NCBI GenBank assembly: GCA_009103225.1
Contig: RHPI01001037.1
Location: forward strand, 1,794,551-1,858,550
From: Chlorokybus atmophyticus
Lineage: Eukaryota; Plantae; Mesostigma and Chlorokybus algae
Length of the DNA: 64,000 nt
Direction: 5' to 3'
Shown: positions 1 through 10,499 of the stretch, one piece after another
How the letters are laid out: every line of letters begins with the position of its first letter
Numbering within the stretch: position 1 is the first letter of the stretch
Position numbers and translations under genes: made by a program
Notes under the pieces: generated by a model
What the model saw: the letters and a program-made list of their open reading frames with translations, nothing else
The model's database searches: none
What the model was told of the DNA's origin: nothing

Positions 1-601
1 TCTTTATACACGCGCACCTACGCATGCAGGTCTTATGATAGCTTTCATCACCAGTACCCGCAGCAAGTATCCCTCAGCAGCAGGTGAGACACTTCTCATT
101 GTGATAGCTAAATGATCAACAACCATTTCCTTGCTTCAGATGCACTCTGTCACAAGATACAGATGCAACCCTCAACTTCTCAATCTCTTCATCTCATACC
201 AAAAGTGTCACCTACATAAAGTGCCCAGACTGCATACTGATCTGACGACGCGTAATGGTATGCTAGAAGTAAACATGGAATAAGGCTCACACATGGCCAG
301 CACACACGACTCCAATGCTTGCTTACTGCTAGAGTAAATGCCACAAGCAAGTTGGACGCCACAACATCACCATAACTATAACGGCAGGCACTGATTGCTG
401 CAGCCGCACAACTTGGGTCTGCAGAGATATTATCCCGTCAGTCTTGGTGGGCTTATTGCTGTGCAGCAACTGCTACAGGGGTAGACCGCATCTAAGCATA
501 GTACAACGCAGCCCTACACCTAAGGGTGCCAAAGCAAGCTACCTGCTGCTTCAAAAACGTTCCCGCAATTGCCTGGAAGCATCGTACAATGAGTCTACCG
601 C

Positions 602-3217
602 TCAACCCTCAAGTTCGAACGCATGTCCATTGGCGAGGGGTGAAGGTGGGGCCTGCGGGGGAGAGGGAGGCGAGGGCGTGAGCGGGCCGAGCTCCTCCTG
701 CGAAGATTGTGGCGTGGTGGCTGCAGGTTGTGACCTGGGTGTGGAGGGTGGGGAGAGGGCCGACACGAAGCGCTTCAGCGAGAGCGCTAGCGACTCGAAC
801 GGACCCACGTGGCGCATGTCGACATCCTGCAGCGCCTCCACCTTGTCGTCCTCGATGTAGGACACGAGGAGCCTGTGCGTGGCGGCCTTGTCGCTCTGCT
901 CCTGTTGAAGATGAAGCACATACGCTCCGAGCTTCAGGGCCTCGACCACCGTCAAGAAGTACTTAGTCCGGAAACGCCGTGCGCACCGCTGCCATCTTGC
1001 GGCCAGCTGGCTTGCACTCTGATGATCAGCGTGCAGTCGGGTGAGTTTACTCTGCAGCGTTGAGCGATCGGTGTGGACTTCAGTCAGTTTGCCATTCAGG
1101 TGACGCACTTCATCCCGCTCGACATATAACTGTTCCCTCAGGCTGCTGATCAAACCCTCAGACGCCAATAGCCTCTGCTCGCAAGCATGGCAGGCCTGCA
1201 CAAGTATGCGCAGCGTGAACACAAGTGCGCGCACACGGCACAAACGCTTGCACGGTTCTGTATGGCATGCTGCCATTGAGATGCGTTCATACCAGGATAT
1301 TCGCTTGCAAAAATTTGGAGTAATTCTGCGTGGTCTCCTCTGCAGCATCCAGGCGCGCTTGCATCTCAGCCTGGCAATAACCCGTTATTATGTGATGCAC
1401 AACACATTGCTCAATGAACGCTTGATGACATTGAGTTGCCATCACCTGAGTAGTCTGCACCGCAGTGTTGAGGCGTTGTTGCAACTCAGCCTGCCAAGTT
1501 ATCCCGCAATGGTAAGCACACACACTCATACAACAGTTGCATGCTTGCTTCAAGTCCGTTAGCACCACCTTCTCCTTGTCGGCAGTCTCACGCGCACACA
1601 TCGCCTCATCGCGCTCTTTTTGCAGCGTCAACTGCACTGCTTGCAACAATTCCTTTTTGACTTCCAACTCGCTCACTTGCCGCTGCATTGACGTCATGCG
1701 CAATGAAGCCACACGCTCTGTACGCACAGCAGCCCATGTGGCAGGTGATTATGATGACTATGCATGCTTGCATGACGGATGGGGTGTAGCGGTAGTATAG
1801 GAAGTAGCTAAGTTGGTAGGAGTAGATGAGCCCGGTGGTTAATAGAACATGCCTATGTGGCTGCCTGCTGCGTGCATGTTGTGTGAGCGTGACACTATGT
1901 GCATGTACTATGCATGCACCACCCCACATCGCAGATTGTGTACAAACGGTGTTGCCCCCTGCTTTGCAACGTCTGGCAAACACAGCACATGTCTAACGCC
2001 AAGAGCACCCAACCAACTGACTCCTGCTTTTTCCGCAAGCTCCTTTGCTTCACCGGCTGCCTTCAAGTCCCCTTTTAGCTGATCGCACTGTGCGTAGTAG
2101 TGTGAGTAAAGGACAGTAAGCCTTTTGCAGCAAGCATGTGCTCCTGGGAAGAGCCATTTGGATGAGATATCCCTTACCTGCTGCGATATCTCGTTGTTGC
2201 GGGTTTGCAAACTTTGCGTCGTCTGCTCAGCAATCCCACGCGCACGAGTCGCCTCAGCGCACTCCTTCCTCAGCTTCTCGTCTGCTTCTTGCAGTGCATG
2301 TATGGTGGCTTCTAACTCGCTCACTCTTTGCTCTGTCAAGGTCAGATGCTCCAAGGCAGTACGTCCTGCAGAAGGAAGCAACATGGTTACCAGCTGTACA
2401 ACCACAGCAGGTCCTATGCAGACGCACAAGCACAACAGCTGCACCTGCTTGCTCCGCACTCTCCTTCGCTGTAATGGCAGTTTGCAACTCGCCTTCCAGC
2501 TGATGCTTTGCGGCATTGGCAGCTTGCAGATTCGCGTTCAGTTGTAAGCGCTACAAGTGAAAAGGACCAGTTATAGGTCAAATTGTATGCTGCACGTGCG
2601 CATGCACGGGCTGAGAACAAGAAATGCCAGGTTGCTCGTTACGTTGGAAACGAGCATTTGTTTTGTACCTGTGTTTCCAAACTGCCATTGAGGGTTTTCA
2701 ACCTTCCCACCTCTTCCTTCTGTTCAATAGCTACAGCTTGAATCTCGTCCAGCTGCGCTTGCAACTTTGCATTCTGACTGCAACACAGCACAGCGGTTCA
2801 GAGTCAAATACTTATGTACGTAAAGTCCAACAAACAAACAGGTTGCAGCGAACCCAATAAGAATGCTGCAAGAGCACAAGCACCAAGCAGCAAAGCTTCA
2901 TACATCAGCGCAAGTAGCCTAGTCGGCACCAGGGCTGTACCCACCACATTTATGCGCAACTACCATCAGATACCTTTGCGACTCCACCAGCATCTGTTGG
3001 TGGCTGCTGAGGTTGATGCGCGCCTCATCTCGTTCCTGCCGCAGCTTCTCCAGCCTGTTCTCCAACCCCAACCCCGAGCCAACCCGCATGGCGGCCAGCA
3101 TGATGGCGGCGGCGACGACGACGAACACGACAAGACTAGCTGGGTGTGCTGTGCTGTGGTTCTAGTGGAGTCCGACATGTGCATACATGCCCGAGACCAA
3201 GTCAGCACCCGTGCCAT
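602..3217 (-). CDS. Multi-exon gene for a long coiled-coil protein with an N-terminal hydrophobic segment and Pro/Ser-rich C-terminus (possibly decayed; start uncertain)
   Basis: Minus-strand exons with GT-AG borders give heptad-rich peptides: VVAAAIMLAAMRVGSGLGLENRLEKLRQERDEARINL, QNAKLQAQLDEIQAVAIEQKEE, EQRVSELEATIHALQEADEKLRKEC, ELEVKKELLQAVQLTLQKERDEA; stop at 602 after PSPPSPPQAPPSP. Confidence 0.6.
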
Positions 3218-4030
3218 GACGTCCCTCCCTCCCGACCAAACCGTTCACCTGCTGACCGACGTGCCGCCCGTCGCCGCCACCGTACACTTCCAAGTGCGAG
3301 AGAATGCACACACAGATATCAACATAACCCCTCCCAGCAGCGGGTCAATTAACCAGCCCAGCAACTGGATATACAAGCTGATTGACCAGGGCGGCCAGTT
3401 AGTGCCTTGCATAACGTTGGCTGCTTCAGGGGCAAAGTCGGGATGCACGAACGAGATGGATTGCCAGGAGGCTGCAGCCTGAAGCATGGTATAGAAAGTG
3501 CACACAAGATAATAACGCCTTACGCAGCTAGCGACCTGCAGAGGTGTCAGGTTGACCCGGTCAACTGGACTGTTTTTCGCTGCGGAGCAAACCACTGCTG
3601 ACCGCAGGCCTGATGTTTAGCGAGTTGTCTCTTGAATGAGGCTTTTACAATGTGTACAAGTTCCAGTTACACATGGTACCGTCCCATGAATTATATCATA
3701 TTTTCTCTACGCACTTCATTGACTCTCCGTGTTACATACGCATCATGATGTAATGCTTGAATAGATCAAGTCGATGTTGGGTGTGTAGAATGTTTGCAAT
3801 GGTGTGCATGTGTAATATGCATATGCATATGGTTTTACCTGTATAAAACAATAACCTTATCAGGTGATGGATTGGAAAAGTTTAAGCAAGCTTGTTTGCT
3901 ACGCATGAATTGTATAAGACGCTTGTGTTGGTCGACCTCAACATTCAAGTATAAAGTATAACATTGACAACGGTTCCGCATAAGTGTGTATTTATGTCAT
4001 AGCAATGCACTGTCATGCCGCGCGTTATAA

Positions 4031-4073
4031 CTAGCGGTGCGGCTGATTGGGCGTGAGGCGGGCGGCCGTCACC
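4031..4073 (-). promoter_or_regulatory. Conserved motif copy 1 (CCAAT + GC box, or a Helitron-like 3' end ...CCGCACCGCTAG|T)
   Basis: Minus strand reads GGTGACGGCCGCCCGCCTCACGCCCAATCAGCCGCACCGCTAG|T; near-identical core at 15667-15700. Confidence 0.45.
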
Positions 4074-4132
4074 AGTGAATCACCACATAAGAATTGTCAG
4101 TACAATCCATCAGTGCAGGCTGAGGCCTGCCA

Positions 4133-4545
4133 CACGCCATGTCACCGCTACAACCGGCATCCAAGCAGCGACGGACGGGACGTAGCGCGACATGGCAACT
4201 CAGCATATGGCGTCACTTGATAGAATATCGTTTGATGTGCTAGTATACCGGACTATATGGCGCGATATGCTCAACAGCATATGGATGGATATGACATATA
4301 TGGTATCATGCATGCAATGTGACCTGGACTCTATTAACTCAGCGATGTCCATGATCAAATGCCATTGCACCGCCACAACAGGCATACCAGGAGCGATGGA
4401 CGCGACGTAGCGCGACATTGCAGCATATGGCGTCACTTAATAAAATATCGTTTGATGTGCTAGCATACGGCATCATATGGCGCGATATGCTTAATAGCAT
4501 ATGGATAGATAGCATACAATGCGTGCAATGCGATTCACTTCATGT
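4133..4545. repeat. Tandem duplication, ~225-bp period, built of degenerate 5-bp units
   Basis: GTAGCGCGACAT...CAGCATATGGCGTCACTT...ATATCGTTTGATGTGCTAG...ATATGGCGCGATATGCT occurs from ~4183 and again from ~4408. Confidence 0.85.
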
Positions 4546-4566
4546 CACAAAAAAAAAGATTTTCGA

Positions 4567-4787
4567 TTCCGTCATATTAACTGAGGTTATGTCACATATC
4601 AACTGAACTCTTTCAACAAGGAACTCACGACATGCCATGCGACATCGCACCATAGCAAGCCATATCATGCCATATGGTGTCACGACGATCGATATGCCGG
4701 CATATGATGTTATATAACGTAATATGGCGCGACGTCGCTGGACATCGTGAGTACCCTGTGCGGCATGTTAACAGAGTTCAAGTCAAA
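4567..4787 (+). repeat. Left arm of a ~220-230 bp inverted repeat
   Basis: TTCCGTCATA...AACTGAACTCTTTCAACAAGGAACTCACGACATG...GCTGGACATC...CCCTGTGCG.CATGTTAACA is the reverse complement of 7477-7707. Confidence 0.9.
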
Positions 4788-4799
4788 CTATGGTTCGTG

Positions 4800-7100
4800 C
4801 GTAATGTGTCCTGCGTATGATGGGATATCATACGCGCCCGGGCGATATGGTCGACGACTACCACGGCCCGAAAACCCAGTTGCATGCAAGCTCTTCAACG
4901 GCAGCGACGCCAAGATTGTCGAGCGTAGCCGCCGCGTTGTTTCGTTGGTGCATTGCATCGCCTTCTTACTCGGTGTGTTGCCCCCTTCGAAAATTACTTC
5001 GTCCGTTGCAGCTACGGCTGAAACCTCACAGGCATACACAAAGGCTGCATCGCCAGAGTGGGAGTGCTTCAGGTCTCACCTTACTAGCGGTATCCACAAG
5101 GACGCCTTCAATGCATTAACACGCCAACAGCAAGACGACTTGCTGAAGTACTGGTTGGATCTGGTGATTCCTGCATGGTGGCATGCATTGTTGTGCACGA
5201 ATTGAATTGCAAACTGCTCCACAGCCTAGGAGTTTAACGATGTGCAATGTCACTGTCAATTTACTTTGAGCGCATGTTGCTGTCTGCATGATGGCACCTT
5301 GGACGGACTTATGTGGGATTCTAATCATGTTTATGTACTTGTTGCCACTTACGGTCGGGCTGCAGTGGCACGACACAACTTCAATCCTACTGCGGGTGCC
5401 TTTATGCCAGTTGCTGGAACGTGGCCTTTGCAGCAAACAACCCCCCTGCCACCGTCAATGCATGATGTTTTGCACCCCGTTGAAATCTTATACGATCCTA
5501 ACCTCATTGAAGACACCAATGCCAGTGCCTTGACGATGCCTACAGGTACGTGACTGCTTCGTGGTGACATCAACAATTCTACTCGGTGCATGTATCCAAG
5601 CAGGTTCTCGTGTGACTCCGTCTAAGCGCCGTAAGAACTTGTCTATGGCGCCTGATACTCCCACCACGTCTCATGTCATTAACGCTGAAAAAGGCGATCG
5701 ATATTGTCATTGCAGAGATTCCAACCTAATCATGTGAGCTATATGAATGCAGGGGAAGCAATGCCGCGTTTACCAACTCACCAATTTACACCTGAGCTTA
5801 TGTGTGCTGCTATTGATACCTTCAATGACCACTTGCTTCGTGAAGTACAAAACAACGTTCGTCTACAAAGCGAAAGTAGGGGAAATTGTGCCATTGTTTT
5901 TACACACACCACAAATGGCATTGTTTGCATATTAAACTGGTTGACAAGAACACAGTCCTTCACAAGCGCAACCTGAAGCAAGCAGAGCAGCTACGCTAAA
6001 ACCAGACACAGCCTGATCCCTAGATTGTTGCAAAGCTGTTGAAAATAATCACTGAACTCAATGGTCTGCGTGCAGGCCATGCTGCTGCAGAACAACGCTC
6101 TGCTGACCTGGAGCGTGCATTACATGAAGAGCGTGCTGAGTACGTTAAAATGATAGAAAGCGTCAAAAACGCAGACGCAGCAAGCAGCTGACAGAAGCTC
6201 AGCGTAGGGCCACACAGTTGCAGCAACACAATGAGCGCAACGATGCAAAATTGGCGCGTTTGCAATGTTAGACTGGAGAAGCCAACCAGATGATTGCTGC
6301 ACAGAAAAAAAAGGTGTGTGTTCCTGCACTGTTAGATTTTGTAGCAACTGACTTGCTGTTGTAGATCTCAGAGTTGACAAGCGTCCTCCGTCTTCAAACG
6401 GCAAATTGGCGATTTCGTGAGTGCGTTGAACTCAATGGCGTGTAGTTCGAGAGCTTTTAGTAGGAACTGGAAGTTACCAGAAAGGAGTTGGACAGCTTGG
6501 CAAAATACATGTTGAAAGAGATCGACCTTGACGGACAGGTATTGAACAATTACAATTATAACATGTATCAACAAATGCAGCACTTTGGTGTTCACTGGTT
6601 GGTGTACCAGGTATCGCTCCTCAATCGCAGAGATGTTAAAAGGCAGCAGCAACTGCAACTACACCATACACTCTGGAAGAAGCTTTGTACCTATTTCTGC
6701 ACAGTTGCCCCATTGCTGCGTGAAGCAGCCACAACCAAAGAAATGCAGCAACATGTGCGCCAGGACTACAAGGGCATGCGCGTGGTAGCTAGTGCAGATA
6801 ACACATGCGGGATTCGCTGGGAGCAGATGCCAGTGGAAGCCTTGCTAACAATGCCATGTTGCGGAGCTACACTGTGCCGTCAGTGCTTGAAGAAGCTGCG
6901 CACAGGATCTCACCCTCAAGTTGAGTGTCCTTTCTGCCGCTGCTTTCAACTTTATTTTATGCATAGCCCACCACGTGGTGCAGCGCTCCCCGATTTCCCT
7001 GTACATGAAATGAGCAGCAGTGACGATGATGAGGATGTTGATACACACAATATCGGTGCTGCTGACGCTGGGCCTTCGCAGCCAAACCACCCCCCCCCCC
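4800..7100 (+). pseudogene. Decayed multi-exon gene: unknown N-terminus, coiled coil, C-terminal RING-type zinc finger, acidic tail
   Basis: LLKIITELNGLRAGHAAAEQRSADLERALHEERAEY (coiled coil); TCGIRWEQMPVEALLTMPCCGATLCRQCLKKLRTGSHPQVECPFCR at 6806-6940 (RING spacing, second Cys replaced by Arg); several in-frame TAG/TGA. Confidence 0.6.
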
Positions 7101-7476
7101 CCCCCCCNNNNNNNNNNNNNNNNNNNNNNNNNNNNNNNNNNNNNNNNNNNNNNNNNNNNNNNNNNNNNNNNNNNNNNNNNNNNNNNNNNNNNNNNNNNNN
7201 NNNNNNNNNNNNNNNNNNNNNNNNNNNNNNNNNNNNNNNNNNNNNNNNNNNNNNNNNNNNNNNNNNNNNNNNNNNNNNNNNNNNNNNNNNNNNNNNNNTG
7301 AGTAGACCTGTATTTCATGGAACCCGTTTTGCCCTTATCGATGCATATGTCAAGTTTGTCAATTAAATAATCTTATGCTCTGTTGTTACCTGTATGGTTA
7401 TGTTTCTATGAAACATGCTTGTACAACAACACATGGCCGCACACATTGTGTCACTGCGATAGGCAGCATACGAATA

Positions 7477-7707
7477 TTTAACCTGAACTGTGTTAACATG
7501 ACGCACAGGGAACTCAAGATGTCCAGCGAAGTCGCGCGACATTTTGCCATATCACGCCATATGACATCATATGCCGGCATATCGGTCGATGTGACATCAT
7601 ATGGTATGATATGGCTTGGTATGGTGCGATGTCGCACGACATGTCGTGAGTTCCTTGTTGAAAGAGTTCAGTTTAAATGTGACATAAACTCAGTGTATAT
7701 GACGGAA
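7477..7707 (-). repeat. Right arm of the inverted repeat pairing with 4567-4787
   Basis: Reverse complement aligns over ~220 bp with scattered substitutions and one small indel. Confidence 0.9.
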
Positions 7708-7769
7708 CCGGTTAATTTACGTCGCTGAGTTAATACACTTACACCAAACACCACAGCATACGTACATCT

Positions 7770-9450
7770 ATGAAGTTACACCAATACATTTACACCACCA
7801 ATATGCACCCACCTGTATCATATCGACACCAAAGCATGGTGTCGCACAAACTGTCCAACACACATGGTGAATCCCATACAAACAATAGCCAGTTTCACTC
7901 TGTTTTCTTGTTTGTATTGCTAAAACCACCATTACTACGTTGGCGCGCCAAAAATGCTTTGAACCTTGCTGGGTTGCCTTCCTCCATATTGTAACCTTTG
8001 CACCCACAAGAGTCGTATTGGGCGATATACCTAGCTTCCAACCAATCTATTCGCGCCTTGCAATGTCCTTCATAAAACTTCCAACTACACTTGCTCTTTA
8101 AAAGGTTTACTGCTATCTGAGGCAGGCAACATTTTCTTAAGCAGGTGTCTACAATGATCCTTATAACGTCGATTTGGGTGGCTACTTTAACCGATATACA
8201 CTTTCTGTGATGCCACATGCGTCAACTTGTAGATAAACTTCGTACCTGTGTTTATGGGTTGCGCACGTTTTTTGAGGTACGTGCAGAGGCCCTAATGTTG
8301 GTGTTGGCATTCATGCTGTTTCTTGCTGCCGAGGATCGCAGGATCATCTGGACCTCATCGTTTACCAGCAAAGAACAATGTTACTATGAACGCTGCACAT
8401 CGGAGATTGATGCTGAACAATGGTGACATACATGCGTAGCGAAGTAGAAGCAAGGAAACAGACAACGGGCAAAGGATAAGAAGCAAGGGAGCCAATGCAA
8501 AAACAAAAGTGTAACAAAGGATGGAGTGACTGCATGGGTTCTGGCTTGATGTGCCCATTGTTGTTGGAACTCTGTTACACAACCATAGCAATCTCATGTC
8601 GTCGCGACTAATCTTGGCAAGCACAATAATCCCATTATAGACTTTGATAACAACACACCTCATCGTCAGCAACATTTGCTACTGGAGCTTCCCTTGGGTC
8701 TGCTTTGTTGATCTGTTTAATGATTTTTTCTGCCTTTCCTTGCGACTATAACGCGCTGTCTCCCAGTTGCAAACTTTGCGAACGTGCACCAACTCGAACA
8801 CCTGTCAAACATTTGTTAACTACAGTGCTTTGGCCAATGATTAAGTGTCACATTAATATATACCTGAGCCTTAGCGTGTATTGGCTCTGCATTATCCGGA
8901 AAATCTTGGTTGTCCTTGCGCATCAGAGTGTCCCACAGCTTGTAAGCTACTTGGCGCTTCAGGTCATCAGAAATGTCGATGCCAAGCTTTCTGAGGTAGT
9001 AAATGCATGTTCCTGCACATACATGCCTCAGTAAACACATGCACTGCAGTATGTAAATGTACATTAACCGCCTCTCAACAGTTGCAATAGAGTCCCCATG
9101 GTTTATGCGAAACTCTTGAGCTCTCTCTTTGGCAGGGCGAATTAACTTATCGGCCTCTGGCTTGGTGAATAGCCCCTCCAGCTTGTCGGGAGTGATACCT
9201 GTTGATTCACATGCTACCAATTGTTTTGCTGTCAGCGGACGACCAGGCGCATCACCTCCAGAGCTACTGGTACGTGGACGCTTAAAGCCAAGTTCATCAT
9301 TGGAAATTTAAGCATGGAGCCTCTCGAACAGGTCTTTCCGTCAAAGTCCATGCTGTCAACCAGGTGCATTGTCAATGTAACGCTTGCCAACATGTTGACT
9401 CACAAAGTTCGAGATTGAACAGAGGCAAACTGAGCCACGTTCTTACCTGT
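7770..9450 (-). pseudogene. Decayed multi-exon gene of unknown function
   Basis: Protein-like frames interrupted by TGA/TAA: HVGKRYIDNAPG*QHGL*RKDLFERLHA*ISNDELG...PLTAKQLVACESTGITPDKLEGLFTKPEADKLIRPAKER...KLWDTLMRKDNQDFPDNAEP; GT donors present. Confidence 0.4.
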
Positions 9451-9828
9451 GTCTGGCTGAGGTGACAATTTCCGATGATGGGCAGGTGTCTGAGGCAAGT
9501 GATGCGACAGGCATGTATGCACAGTGCCCTGCGACTTGACGTTTTATCTGGTGTACATTTATAGCAGCATTAGATATACTGCGAATGTATATTTACGTGG
9601 CAAGGAAAAGGGTCTGCATCGGCAGAGCACTTCGTGCTAAGCCATGCCGCGATGCGATTGGTGAAAAGAGATGGGATGGAGGAGATGATTGCATACAAAG
9701 CATGGTTGGATGACGGGCAATACGGCAGTCAACTGAATGTGCCATGTCATCAAACCATACAATGTGTACAGTGTGGTCATGAGATGCGGTTTATGATACG
9801 CGACATTGTCCAATATTGTTGAACATGG

Positions 9829-10052
9829 AACCATATAATGCAATGGTGTGCAACATCGTGCATACATGCTCAAACATCATGCGATATGCGTTGATATCAA
9901 ACAGCGTTGCGCAACATCATACCATGCTGCCTAAAGCAATATCATCCAACTTTAAACCATATAGTGCAATGTTGTGCAACATTGATTACACATGCTCAAA
10001 CATCATGCGATATGCGTCGATATCAAAAAACGTTGCGCAACATCGTATCATA
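9829..10052. repeat. Tandem duplication, 126-bp period
   Basis: AACCATATA.TGCAATG.TGTGCAACAT...ACATGCTCAAACATCATGCGATATGCGT.GATATCAAA...CGTTGCGCAACATC starts at 9829 and 9955. Confidence 0.9.
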
Positions 10053-10119
10053 TCGCCAAAATGATGCAACATATGTCACACCATTGCGCAACACGGACTG
10101 AACTTACCGGTTATCAACG

Positions 10120-10497
10120 TCAATCCCCAGGAACGTGCGTCATCTCTTCAGGGCGCGGCAAACGCGTCAACCGTAAATAGGCCCTGTTTGTCACACGCGA
10201 CGACGCCACATACCACAATCCAGGAGCAAAAGCTTCCTGCATGTGGACAATAGTAGTTGATTGTAGCGTTGCACCTTAACACTTGTGCACTGTCATTGCA
10301 TACGCTAGCTGCAAAGGAAACACAGCTTTGTAGTACGTTTTGCCTTGAAACGTCGTTGTTTGCTGTATTGTTCGGCGCATCCACATAGATTCTGCCAAGT
10401 GATCAAAATGTAACTTGTATACTGCTCACATTACCGTTGTAGTATCTGAACTACGTCACTGTTCCCAAACACCCATTGGCTACACCGCGCGCAGTGT
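10120..10497 (-). pseudogene. PIF1-family (SF1B) DNA helicase, C-terminal fragment
   Basis: Manual translation: TARGVANGCLGTVT*FRYYNGNVSSIQVTF(frameshift)DHLAESMWMRRTIQQTTTFQGKTYYKAVFPLQLAYAMTVHKC*GATLQSTTIVHMQEAFAPGLWYVASSRVTNRAYLRL; matches the PIF1 motifs GLxNG, FPLxLAxAxTxHKSQGxTL and GxxYVAxSRV. Confidence 0.85.
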
Positions 10498-10499
10498 AT

